Assembly (NCBI GenBank): GCA_013814015.1
Contig: JACCQS010000380.1
Coordinates: 1-34,138 of the forward strand
Direction of reading: 5' to 3'
DNA from: Geodermatophilaceae bacterium
Lineage (GTDB): Bacteria > Actinomycetota > Actinomycetes > Mycobacteriales > Geodermatophilaceae
DNA length: 34,138 nt
The position numbers and the translations under genes were made by a program. The notes under the pieces are model-generated. The model ran no database searches and was not told where the DNA came from. It saw only the letters and a program-made list of their open reading frames with translations. This document shows positions 25,570 to 34,026 of the stretch, in pieces; within the stretch, counting starts at the first letter, position 1; the number at the start of each line of letters is the position of its first letter.

Positions 25570-26909
25570 CCCTCCGGGATCCGAAGCCGGACGAGCATCC
25601 GGACCACACCGTGCGTGGAGAACAGCTCTATGAGTGTGATCGCGCTGCCGATGACGATCGCGTTGGCCGCGATGAGCATGCCGGTGGACTTCCCAAAGAC
25701 CAGCAAGGCCGCGAAGTGAATGACCGCCAGGCCGACAAAGGCAAAGCCGAAGCCGCGATCACGCGCAGCGATTGCGATCGTCAGGTGGACGTTGAGGATC
25801 CCCGCGCCGGTCATGATCAGCGTGATCGGAAAGATCAAGTTCCCCGCCTGCGCGTACGCAGATCCGAATATGGCGACGATGAGCCGGTCGGAGGCAAGCA
25901 GAAAGGTTGTTGCGGTCAGCAGCCCCACGCCGACGACGGTCAGCAGGGTCAGCAGGGTGGCCTTGGCGTAATCCAAGCCTCTGGTGATGCGTTCGCTCAC
26001 TTTGGGCAGCAGAACGAAGCCCAACGACACGGTCGCATAGAGAGCCACCTTGCCCAGCAACGCCGCTGAGGAGTACGTGGCTGCCACCTCAGGGGCAAGT
26101 CGGATCTTCGCCGTGACGATGTCGATGTTGGTGATGGCTGCGAACGCGAGCAGGCAGCCGATCGGAAGGCCGAGCAGGTGCGTTGGGTCGCCCGGATGGC
26201 GCGCTCTGGTCAAGCCCCGGATCGGCCGAAGAGTCCCGCGCAGTGACCACAGCACCGTCGCGGAGCCGACGAGGGTGGCCAGGATCAGTGCGAGTAACGC
26301 GCCGTGCAGTCCCAGCAGCAGCACCAGCGGGAAAAGGAAGAGCAGCCGCAGGATCCCCAGCGGACCGGCAAGTACCCATCCCACGGTGGGAAAGCCGCTG
26401 AAGCCCTGGATCGGACCGAGCAGTGCCTGCACACCGGTTGCGAGGGCAAACCAGATGGCGGCAAGGAGCCAGACCGTGGGTTGGCTGAGGCCGAAGAGGT
26501 ACGAGCTGACCGGCGTGATGGCGGCGAACAGAGCGAACAGGGCGACTTGGACGACAAGGACCCGGCAGAACAGCCAACGGATCATCGCTGTCACGTCGTT
26601 CCCGTCGCCTCGGGCACGGGACTGGGCCACGTCCCTGGCCATCGCGGCCTGCACGCCGCTGATCGGCGTGAGCACGATCAGCGCCAGCGACGTCAAAGAC
26701 GCCAGTGCTGCGAACTCGCCGGGATCGAGAGAACGAGCCGCGACGACGTAGAAGAGGAAATTGCCGAGGTGGCCGATCAGCGAGGCGATCAGCACGATCA
26801 ATCCCTCGCGCATGGCGCCCCTTGCCGAAGGTGCATTCAGCGGAGAAGGTGCGGCGAGCGCGGAAGCATTCCCGCCTTCCCGGGACGGGCCCTGCTCCTG
26901 ACTGCTCAT
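25539..26909 (-). CDS. MOP-superfamily polysaccharide flippase (Wzx / polysaccharide biosynthesis protein type)
   Basis: 456 aa, roughly 12-14 hydrophobic segments by eye, N-terminus ...LIVLIASLIGHLGNFLFYVVAARSL typical of this family. Its ATG overlaps the DUF2304 stop (ATGA at 26906-26909). Confidence 0.8.
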   Translation of the reverse strand: MSSQEQGPSREGGNASALAAPSPLNAPSARGAMREGLIVLIASLIGHLGNFLFYVVAARSLDPGEFAALASLTSLALIVLTPISGVQAAMARDVAQSRARGDGNDVTAMIRWLFCRVLVVQVALFALFAAITPVSSYLFGLSQPTVWLLAAIWFALATGVQALLGPIQGFSGFPTVGWVLAGPLGILRLLFLFPLVLLLGLHGALLALILATLVGSATVLWSLRGTLRPIRGLTRARHPGDPTHLLGLPIGCLLAFAAITNIDIVTAKIRLAPEVAATYSSAALLGKVALYATVSLGFVLLPKVSERITRGLDYAKATLLTLLTVVGVGLLTATTFLLASDRLIVAIFGSAYAQAGNLIFPITLIMTGAGILNVHLTIAIAARDRGFGFAFVGLAVIHFAALLVFGKSTGMLIAANAIVIGSAITLIELFSTHGVVRMLVRLRIPEGQSRRRTTAQ

Positions 26910-27310
26910 TGCTCGCGGTCACCGAGTTGCGAGCTCGGATTGTCGGCGGCAGCTTCCTTGATCTGGCGGTTGCCCACTTCCAGCTCTTCCACTCTGCTGC
27001 GCAACAGCGCCAGCTCCTCGGCCAGGGACCGCGTTTCGTCCTCCAGCCGGGACAGTTCCCAGGACAGGTGTACCGAGACCCCGAGCAGCAAGGTCAGCGC
27101 CAAGAGGAAGAGAAGGTTGGCCGGCACCTCGAAACCCAACGCCTCGGATGCCCAGTTCAGCAGGCCCGGGGCGATGAGCAAGATGAGCACGCCTAAACCG
27201 ACTATTAGCCAGAGCGCGGCGTACTTCTCCGAAAGCTGTCGTCGGCGCAAGAGTTCCAGCATGAGCCCGAGGACGACAACAGCGCCGGCGATGGCGACCA
27301 CGTAATTCAC
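26906..27310 (-). CDS. DUF2304-family small membrane protein
   Basis: VNYVVAIAGAVVVLGLMLELLRRRQLSEKYAALWLIVGLGVLIL... followed by a C-terminal coiled-coil-like tail. The GTG at 27310 overlaps the upstream GT2 stop (GTGA at 27307-27310). The longer 252-aa track ORF is an out-of-frame overlap with the GT2 gene. Confidence 0.78.
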   Translation of the reverse strand: MNYVVAIAGAVVVLGLMLELLRRRQLSEKYAALWLIVGLGVLILLIAPGLLNWASEALGFEVPANLLFLLALTLLLGVSVHLSWELSRLEDETRSLAEELALLRSRVEELEVGNRQIKEAAADNPSSQLGDREQ

Positions 27311-28095
27311 CGCACCGGCACCGGGTGGTCCGGGTCGAGCATGACCATGGTCGGCCAGCGGCGAATCCTTGCCAGAAGCAGGATCAGCGCAGCCCGAAAG
27401 AGATACACCGCGGCTCCGGTCGGCGACTTGCTGGGCTTTCCGCCTGCGCGCGGTCGCATGTGGACCGGCACCTGGGTGACGGTGAGTCCGGCCCGGATGG
27501 CGATGACCAGGGACTCGATCGTGTCGCCGAGGAACTCGGCAGGATAGTGCCGGGCGTACAGCGAGATCGCTCGGCGATTCGCCGCTCGAAACCCCGAGGT
27601 CGTGTCGGTGAGCCTGGTTCTCGCCATCCTCGTGAGCACCTTGGCCAGCAAGGTCATCGCCCAACGGCGAGGCCCCGTGACGCGATAGCCGCCCTCGTCG
27701 GCAAAGCGGGCGCCGACCACGACATCGGCCGTGCCGGTGGCATCGTCGTCGGAACCCACCGGCCGGGAGAGCTGGCCGACGAGGTCCATGATCTCGCTCG
27801 GATCGTGCTGACCGTCCGCGTCGACCTGGATCACCGCGTCGTAGTGGTGGTGCAACGCGAACTTGAACCCGGCCCGCATTGCTGCGCCGACACCGAGATT
27901 GAACGGGAGAACCAGGACCGCCGCTCCGGCCGCGCGAGCCCGGTCAACGGTGCGATCGGCGGACCCGTCGTCGACTACCAGCACGTCGGCTTGGGGAACT
28001 GCAGCCTGGATCTCGCGGATCGTGCCCGCGATGCACTCCTCCTCGTTCCACGCCGGTGTCACGACCAAGAGGCGCAACGAAGGCGGCTCGGGCAT
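27307..28095 (-). CDS. GT2 polyprenyl-phosphate glycosyltransferase (PpgS/GtrB/Dpm1-like)
   Basis: LLVVTPAWNEEECIAGTIREI, VLVVDDGSADRT, QVDADGQHDP, TSGFRA. Paired with a DUF2304 gene as in M. tuberculosis ppgS (Rv3631)-Rv3632. ATG at 28095 chosen within ORF ..28293. Confidence 0.85.
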   Translation of the reverse strand: MPEPPSLRLLVVTPAWNEEECIAGTIREIQAAVPQADVLVVDDGSADRTVDRARAAGAAVLVLPFNLGVGAAMRAGFKFALHHHYDAVIQVDADGQHDPSEIMDLVGQLSRPVGSDDDATGTADVVVGARFADEGGYRVTGPRRWAMTLLAKVLTRMARTRLTDTTSGFRAANRRAISLYARHYPAEFLGDTIESLVIAIRAGLTVTQVPVHMRPRAGGKPSKSPTGAAVYLFRAALILLLARIRRWPTMVMLDPDHPVPVR

Positions 28096-28182
28096 GGTCG
28101 TTGAGCGTAGTTGAGCCAACCGGTCATCTCGAACGGCCGTCACCCGGTCGCCAGGCTGAGCCGCCCGGTAGCTTCTCCACAC

Positions 28183-30735
28183 GTGAAGGCCCTTCGTCGA
28201 CTGACCGTCCGCGCTGCCCTGCCGCCGGAGCTCATCCCGCTCAGTGAGTTGGTGATGAATCTGCGCTGGTCGTGGCACGCGCCCACCCGCCATCTGTTCG
28301 AGACGGTGGATCCCAAGGTCTGGCAGGCCTGCGATGGTGATCCGGTCCGGCTGCTGGGCCAGGTCAGTTCACAGCGACTGGCCGGGCTCGCCGCGGACGG
28401 GGCGTTTCTCGAGCGGCTGCACGCGGCAGCCGAGGACCTGCACGCCTATCTCCGCGAGCCGCGCTGGTACCAGACGGTCACCGACGAAGCCGACATCAAG
28501 CAGGATCTGCCGCTCACCCGCTGGCCGAATGCGATCGCGTACTTCTCGCCTGAGTTCGGGATTACCGCAGTCCTCCCGCAGTACTCCGGCGGTCTCGGGA
28601 TCCTGGCCGGCGACCACCTCAAGGCGGCTTCTGACCTCGGGGTACCCCTGATCGGGGTGGGCCTGCTCTACCGGTCGGGGTACTTCAGCCAGAGCCTGTC
28701 GGCCGATGGCTGGCAACTCGAGCACTATCCGGCCCTCGATCCGCACGGACTTCCGTTGGCACTGGCCAGGGACGACGACGGCACGGCGGCGCGGATCACG
28801 GTGGAGCTTCCCGACGGCGGGCGGCTCTATGCCCAGGTGTGGATCGCGCAGGTCGGCCGGATTCCGCTGTTGCTGCTCGACTCCGACATCGAGGAGAACA
28901 CCGCTGCTGAGCGCGGCGTCACCGACCGGCTCTACGGCGGGGGAGAGGATCACCGCCTGCGCCAGGAGCTGTTGCTCGGGATCGGCGGTGTCCGCGCCAT
29001 CCGCGCCTACTGTGCGCTCACCGGGCACCCGGAGCCGGAGGTTTTCCATACGAATGAAGGGCACGCCGGCTTTCTGGGCATCGAGCGGATCCGCGAACTC
29101 ACCGAGCGCGGCCCGAAGCTCAGCTTCGACGAAGCCATGGAAGCGGTACGCGCCGGAACGGTCTTCACCACTCATACCCCGGTCCCGGCCGGCATCGACC
29201 GGTTTCCACGGTCGCTGATCGAGGCGCAGTTCGCGACCTTCGGTGCCGGCATCCCGGTCGATCGGCTGCTGGCCCTCGGCGCCGAGGAGGACCGGGACAA
29301 ATTCAACATGGCGCACATGGGATTGCGGCTGTCCGGGCGGGCGAACGGCGTCAGCAAGCTGCACGGCCAAGTCAGCCGGGACATGTTCGCAAGCCTCTGG
29401 CCGGGCTTCGACGACGACGAGATCCCGATCAGCTCGATCACGAACGGAGTCCACGACCCGACCTGGGTGGCTCGCGAGATCCAGGAACTGAGCGGAAGGG
29501 GTGAATGGCCGGATGGTATTGCCGCGCAAGATGTTTGGAAGTTGCGTCGCGAACTGCGCGGTCAGCTGATCACCGAGATACGTCGGCGGCTACGGTCTTC
29601 GGCTGCCGCGCGGGGGACGCATCCGGCCGAGTTGGCCTGGGTCGACTCCGCTTTCGATCCCGACGTCCTGACCATCGGGTTCGCGCGCCGGGTCCCGTCG
29701 TACAAGCGGCTGACCCTGATGTTGCGAGACCCTGAACGCCTACGAGGCCTGCTGCTCGACCCGGAGCGGCCGCTGCAGTTGGTGATCGCCGGCAAGAGTC
29801 ACCCAGCTGACGAGGGTGGCAAGAAGCTGATCCAGGAGATGGTCCGCTTCACCGACGATCCCGAGGTACGCGGCCGGATCGCCTTTCTGCCCGACTACGA
29901 CATCGGAATGGCCCGCTACCTCTACTGGGGCTGCGACGTCTGGCTGAACAATCCGCTGCGCCCGCTGGAGGCCTGTGGCACCTCGGGTATGAAATCGGCA
30001 CTCAACGGCGGCCTGAATCTCTCGATCCGCGACGGTTGGTGGGACGAGATGTACGACGGGCGCAACGGCTGGGCGATCCCGACGGCCGACGGGGTCGAGG
30101 ACCCCACCCGCCGGGACGATCTCGAGGCCGAGGCGATCTACGACCTGCTCGGCAAGCAGGTACTGCCGAGCTTCTACAGCATCGACGAGGGCGGTATACC
30201 CAGCCGATGGGTCGAGATGGTTCGGCACACTTTGACCACGCTCGGTCCCAAAGTCCTTGCCACCCGGATGGTGTGCGACTACGTCACCGATCTCTACGCT
30301 CCGGCCGCGACGGCGTCGGCTGCTTTCTCCCCCAACGGGTTCGCCGCCGCTGCGGCTTTCGCAGCGTGGCGTTGCGCCGTGACGCAGGCCTGGCCCGGCG
30401 TACGCGTTGCACATGTCGAGGCTTCGGGGGACGGCGACACTCCCGAGCTCGGTGCGCCGCTGATCCTGCGCGCCCAGGTCGAACTGCCTGGCCTGTCACC
30501 CGCGGACGTCGACGTCCAAGCGGTGTACGGCCGGGTTGACGACCACGAACAACTCCACGATGTGACGACCAGCCCGATGCGGTTCGAGGGCAGCGACGGC
30601 GACCAGCACTGGTACGTCGGAGAGGTGCCGCTGACTCGCAGCGGCCCGTTCGGTTACACGGTGCGGGTGCTTCCCGCCCACCCGGCGCTGACCGGACCCG
30701 CCGAACTCGGCTTGGTCGTCACAGCAGCCAACTGA
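28183..30735 (+). CDS. glgP: Alpha-glucan phosphorylase (GT35, actinobacterial GlgP type with DUF3417 N-terminus)
   Basis: VKALRRLTVRAALPPELIPLSELVMNLRWSWH (DUF3417-like), GGLGILAGDHLKAASDLG, HTNEGHAGF, AGKSHPADEGGK, CGTSGMKSALNG. GTG at 28183 fits the family N-terminus; the track ORF starts at TTG 28111. Confidence 0.92.
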   Translation: MKALRRLTVRAALPPELIPLSELVMNLRWSWHAPTRHLFETVDPKVWQACDGDPVRLLGQVSSQRLAGLAADGAFLERLHAAAEDLHAYLREPRWYQTVTDEADIKQDLPLTRWPNAIAYFSPEFGITAVLPQYSGGLGILAGDHLKAASDLGVPLIGVGLLYRSGYFSQSLSADGWQLEHYPALDPHGLPLALARDDDGTAARITVELPDGGRLYAQVWIAQVGRIPLLLLDSDIEENTAAERGVTDRLYGGGEDHRLRQELLLGIGGVRAIRAYCALTGHPEPEVFHTNEGHAGFLGIERIRELTERGPKLSFDEAMEAVRAGTVFTTHTPVPAGIDRFPRSLIEAQFATFGAGIPVDRLLALGAEEDRDKFNMAHMGLRLSGRANGVSKLHGQVSRDMFASLWPGFDDDEIPISSITNGVHDPTWVAREIQELSGRGEWPDGIAAQDVWKLRRELRGQLITEIRRRLRSSAAARGTHPAELAWVDSAFDPDVLTIGFARRVPSYKRLTLMLRDPERLRGLLLDPERPLQLVIAGKSHPADEGGKKLIQEMVRFTDDPEVRGRIAFLPDYDIGMARYLYWGCDVWLNNPLRPLEACGTSGMKSALNGGLNLSIRDGWWDEMYDGRNGWAIPTADGVEDPTRRDDLEAEAIYDLLGKQVLPSFYSIDEGGIPSRWVEMVRHTLTTLGPKVLATRMVCDYVTDLYAPAATASAAFSPNGFAAAAAFAAWRCAVTQAWPGVRVAHVEASGDGDTPELGAPLILRAQVELPGLSPADVDVQAVYGRVDDHEQLHDVTTSPMRFEGSDGDQHWYVGEVPLTRSGPFGYTVRVLPAHPALTGPAELGLVVTAAN

Positions 30736-30798
30736 ACCCAGGAACCCGCCGCTATCACGGATTCGGGCTCACCGGTCGTCTTCGGGCGTCCACCCGTT

Positions 30799-31455
30799 TC
30801 ACGTCAGGAAGTTCTCGGCGAGGAGCGCCCCGCCGAGAGCGATCATGCAGGTGCCGGACACCCGCGACACGATGCGGGCGGTGGCCGGCCGGGAGCGCAG
30901 GACGCGCTGGGCGCAGGCACCGACGATCAGGTACACCGCGGCACAGGTGAACGTGAAGACAAGGCCGAGGGCGCCCATCTGGACTGCGACCGGCCACGCC
31001 GCCTCCGGCGCGGTGAACTGGGGCAGCATCGCGACGAAGATGAGCAAACCCTTGGGGTTCAGCCCGCTGACCCCGATGCCCTGGGCGACAGTGGTCGCCG
31101 GGGTGCGCGGGGCATGCTCGGAAACCTCGGAGATGTCGGCGGCCGGTGGCTGGGCGGGGTGGGCGATGGCGGTTGTGCCGAGCCAGATGAGGTACACCCC
31201 GCCGATGACGGTCAGGGCGGTCAGCGCGATCGGGCTGGACGCGACGAGCGCGCCGACTCCGGCGGCGACCACGATCGTCATGGTGAGGTAGCCGAGCACG
31301 ATCCCGGTGGCCGCGGGGACGACATGCCCACGCACGCCCGCGCCGATCGCGAACGCCCAATCGGGTCCCGGCACGATGATGAGCAGGGCTGCGACGGCCC
31401 AGAAGCCGAGCACTGCGCTGAGGGGCACGAACTTCTCACTTCCCGGGGCGTTCAT
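30799..31455 (-). CDS. LysE/RhtB-family amino-acid exporter
   Basis: ~218 aa, six hydrophobic segments, LIIVPGPDWAF near the N-terminus and GLNPKGLLIFVAMLPQF mid-protein. ATG at 31455 chosen within ORF ..31506. Confidence 0.82.
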   Translation of the reverse strand: MNAPGSEKFVPLSAVLGFWAVAALLIIVPGPDWAFAIGAGVRGHVVPAATGIVLGYLTMTIVVAAGVGALVASSPIALTALTVIGGVYLIWLGTTAIAHPAQPPAADISEVSEHAPRTPATTVAQGIGVSGLNPKGLLIFVAMLPQFTAPEAAWPVAVQMGALGLVFTFTCAAVYLIVGACAQRVLRSRPATARIVSRVSGTCMIALGGALLAENFLT

Positions 31456-31546
31456 CGGGTGCCATCCGTAGAACGCTATGTGCGATCCGCGCGAACGTGG
31501 TTCCAACTATTCCCCGCTGGAGGTGCTGAGTGGAAAGATCAGGTTC

Positions 31547-31999
31547 GTGGACGCGATCGATCGAAAGATTCTTGCAACGCTGCAGCTAGAGGGGCGGTTG
31601 ACGCTCACCGATCTCGCGGCTCGGGTGCAGCTGAGCGTGTCGCCGTGCCACCGCCGGCTGCGCGAGCTCGAGCGCACGGGCGCGATCCGCGGCTACCGCG
31701 CTGTCGTGGACCCGGTCGCCCTTGGCCTTACGTTCGAGGCGCTGGTGTTCGTCACGATGCGCCAGGAGGACCGGGAGACGCTGCTCGGCTTCGAGGAGGC
31801 TGTCACCCGGATTCCGAACGTTCTCTTGGCGCAGCGACTCTTCGGAGACCCGGATTACCTGCTGCGGATCGTGACTGCTGACCTCGCGGACTATCAGCAA
31901 CTGCAGGACGACACGCTGTCCGTACTGCCCGGTGTGGCGCGGATGAACTCGACCCTGGTGATGAAGCGGGTTGTCGACGACCGCCCGCTACCGCTCTGA
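31547..31999 (+). CDS. Lrp/AsnC-family transcriptional regulator
   Basis: DAIDRKILATLQLEGRLTLTDLAARVQLSVSPCHRRLRELERTGAIRGY (HTH), then an RAM/AsnC_trans_reg domain. Divergent from the LysE gene. Start uncertain (GTG 31547 or GTG 31523 just after GGAGG). Confidence 0.85.
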   Translation: MDAIDRKILATLQLEGRLTLTDLAARVQLSVSPCHRRLRELERTGAIRGYRAVVDPVALGLTFEALVFVTMRQEDRETLLGFEEAVTRIPNVLLAQRLFGDPDYLLRIVTADLADYQQLQDDTLSVLPGVARMNSTLVMKRVVDDRPLPL

Positions 32000-32021
32000 G
32001 GTTTCCCTCGCTAGGCGAAGG

Positions 32022-33011
32022 TCAGGCTTGCGGGCCGAGAGCGAAGGTGATGATCGTCCAGCCCAGCAGGAGCCGATCACCTTCTTCCAGGCGCCGGGCG
32101 ACACCGGCATCCAGTCGGGTCCATTCCGAGGCCGAGGCCGAGGCGATGTGCGTTCCGTTCAACGAACCGAGGTCGAGCAGATAGACCTCGTTGCCACGGA
32201 CCTGAATGGCCGCGTGGGCGCTGGACAGTACGTTCTGGGTGTCCTCGATGGCGATCGGCCGAGCGCCGCTGTTGACCACCATGTCGTGCTGCTCGGGCCG
32301 GCGTCCGAGCACCAGATCGCTGTCGATGCTGAGGTGCTTGCCGTCGTCGAAGAGCAGCTGAGGAGTCGGCGTCGAGGCCGACCACATCTGCGTGGAAACG
32401 TCGCCGGAGTTCGGGGCGGCGGCCTCGGTGCCACGCGGTTCGGGTTCTGGGTCGGGCGCCGCCGGAGCGACGGCCGCGGCTGCCGCGGAGGAGGGCGCGG
32501 CGGAGGAGGGTACCGCAGCTGAGGACGGCCGCGCCTGGCCCGAGTCCGAGCCCGCTGCCGCTTCGGCGATGAGCAGCGCTCTGCCGCCCGGCACAACGCC
32601 CGCAGTGAGGTCGGTCAGCTCGGTCAGCTCTGCCGAGCTACCGGCTGCTGCAGAACCTCGCGGCGGTGTGCCGACGGTGATGTGTCCGTCCCCGCCGAAC
32701 GCGGACGCCAGCCAACTTCCGCTGGCGGCTGTCCCCTCGAGTTCATCGTGCCCATCGTGAACCCGGCCGTCGCCGCGCCACAGGGCGGTCCATCCCGATC
32801 CGTTGGGGACCGCGACTGCGAAGGACCCCGCGCCGTGGGAGGCCGCAGCGGCCACCGCCCTGAGAACGCCGGCCGAACCGGCGCCGGTGAGCTGTGCACA
32901 CGAGAGCAGAACCTCGGCGAACTCCCGGTCGCAGTCCGGACCGACCCAGACCACACCGGCGCCTCTGGCGACCAGACCGGGCCCCGACTGGACCTCGCAG
33001 CGTTGCGACAT
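32022..33011 (-). CDS. FHA-domain protein
   Basis: C-terminal FHA pattern LVLGRRPEQ...VLSSAHAAIQVRGNEVYLLDLGSLNGTHI...GDRLLLG. The central Ala/Ser/Pro low-complexity linker and the N-terminal ~120 aa are unassigned. Confidence 0.82.
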   Translation of the reverse strand: MSQRCEVQSGPGLVARGAGVVWVGPDCDREFAEVLLSCAQLTGAGSAGVLRAVAAAASHGAGSFAVAVPNGSGWTALWRGDGRVHDGHDELEGTAASGSWLASAFGGDGHITVGTPPRGSAAAGSSAELTELTDLTAGVVPGGRALLIAEAAAGSDSGQARPSSAAVPSSAAPSSAAAAAVAPAAPDPEPEPRGTEAAAPNSGDVSTQMWSASTPTPQLLFDDGKHLSIDSDLVLGRRPEQHDMVVNSGARPIAIEDTQNVLSSAHAAIQVRGNEVYLLDLGSLNGTHIASASASEWTRLDAGVARRLEEGDRLLLGWTIITFALGPQA

Positions 33012-33084
33012 GTCTGCACTCTAACGACCATCCCGCAGGCTCGGAATGCCGCGCCGAACCGGCTCTGAGAGGGCCGCTGGTTTG

Positions 33085-33933
33085 ATGGGTCAGGTGGGTA
33101 GGCATCGAGACGTCGCGGTCTCGGCGGACGGTGTACGCGATGCGGGTGACCTCGTGATCGAGATGGCCGGGGTCAGCGTCGTCCGCGGCGCCACCACACT
33201 GTTGGACGACGTGTCCTGGACCGTCGAACTGGACGAGCGCTGGGTAATTCTCGGGCCCAACGGCGCGGGCAAGACGACGTTGTTACAGCTTGCTGCGGCC
33301 CTGCTGCATCCGACCAGCGGTGAGATTTGGCTGCTCGGCGAGCCGCTAGGCCTCACCGACGTATTCGAACTCCGCCCACGGATCGGGTTCGCCAGCGCCG
33401 CCATCGCCTCCCGGGTGCCACCCGGGGAGATCGTGCGTGATCTCGTCGTCAGCGCCGGATATGCCGTACTGGGTCGTTGGCGCGAGCGCTACGAGGCCGA
33501 GGATCTCGATCGGGCCGTCCACCTGCTCGACCTGATGGGCGTTGCCGGATTCGCCGACCGGCCGTTCGGAACGCTGTCCGAGGGCGAGCGCAAGCGGGTG
33601 CAGATAGCTCGTGCGCTGATGCCGGACCCGGAGATCATGCTGCTCGACGAGCCGGCGGCCGGATTGGACCTCGGTGGACGCGAGGATCTTCTGTTGCGAC
33701 TGTCGAGCATCGCCGACGATCCAGATGCGCCGACGCTGATCATGGTGACCCACCATGTGGAGGAGATCCCCGCTTCGTTCAGCCACGCGATGCTGCTTCG
33801 AGACGGCGCCATCGTGGCTGCGGGCCTGATCCGGGACGTCGTGACGTCGAGCAACCTTTCCGACACCTTCGGGCTGCCTCTCCGGCTGACTCGATCCGGG
33901 GATCGATACTTCGCCCGTCGCAAGCGCGGCTGA
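33085..33933 (+). CDS. ABC transporter ATP-binding protein (no adjacent permease)
   Basis: Walker A GPNGAGKTT, signature LSEGERKR, Walker B MLLDEP, H-loop VTHH. Start uncertain (ATG 33085 or 33046). Confidence 0.85.
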   Translation: MGQVGRHRDVAVSADGVRDAGDLVIEMAGVSVVRGATTLLDDVSWTVELDERWVILGPNGAGKTTLLQLAAALLHPTSGEIWLLGEPLGLTDVFELRPRIGFASAAIASRVPPGEIVRDLVVSAGYAVLGRWRERYEAEDLDRAVHLLDLMGVAGFADRPFGTLSEGERKRVQIARALMPDPEIMLLDEPAAGLDLGGREDLLLRLSSIADDPDAPTLIMVTHHVEEIPASFSHAMLLRDGAIVAAGLIRDVVTSSNLSDTFGLPLRLTRSGDRYFARRKRG

Positions 33934-33947
33934 GTGAAGGCGACCTC

Positions 33948-33976
33948 TTGCTAGGTGAGCCTCACCTAACTATGGT
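33948..33976 (+). promoter_or_regulatory. Sigma-70-like promoter TTGCTA-N17-TATGGT
   Basis: TTGCTA (33948-33953), a 17-nt spacer, then TATGGT (33971-33976), about 50 nt upstream of the GTG at 34027 that is preceded by GGAGG. Confidence 0.45.
33951..33969. promoter_or_regulatory. IdeR/DtxR-type iron box
   Basis: CTAGGTGAGCCTCACCTAA matches the consensus TWAGGTWAGSCTWACCTWA at 16/19 positions. The core TAGGTGAG-C-CTCACCTA is a perfect 17-bp palindrome, and the mismatches at positions 7 and 13 are symmetric. It fills the promoter spacer and overlaps the -35. Confidence 0.65.
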
Positions 33977-34026
33977 TCTCCAGAGCAACGGTCCCGGACG
34001 GGATCATCCCTACATCTGGAGGTCCT

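Noticed and set aside
25062-27305. Several 230-335-aa ORFs (25062..26069 +, 26050..26751 +, 26089..26922 -, 26304..27305 +) over the flippase/DUF2304 region.
   Set aside because: Only the 25539..26909 minus frame gives a coherent multi-TM protein. The others are highly charged, Arg-rich translations.
26906-27664. 252-aa version of the DUF2304 ORF.
   Set aside because: Its first ~118 residues overlap the GT2 CDS out of frame and are Arg/His/Pro-rich. The hydrophobic DUF2304 core starts at the GTG at 27310, which forms a GTGA overlap with the GT2 stop.
27325-29529. ORFs 27325..28104 (+) and 28369..29529 (-), antisense to the GT2 and glgP genes.
   Set aside because: No domain signatures; the opposite-strand genes are strongly supported.
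30799-31999. LysE exporter / Lrp regulator divergent pair as a possible novel system.
   Set aside because: This is a well-known regulator-exporter arrangement with nothing unusual in the sequence.
32611-32628. Tandem 9-nt repeat TCGGTCAGC x2 (plus a degenerate third copy) encoding ELTELTDLT in the FHA protein, with nearby GCGGAGGAGGG duplications in the Ala/Ser/Pro linker.
   Set aside because: These are very short and in frame within a low-complexity linker. There is no evidence of phase-variation-type function.
32022-33933. FHA protein plus orphan ABC ATPase as a possible defence or signalling module.
   Set aside because: The genes are divergent, and no kinase, phosphatase, nuclease or other partner domains are present. 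Both are common housekeeping-type actinobacterial genes.
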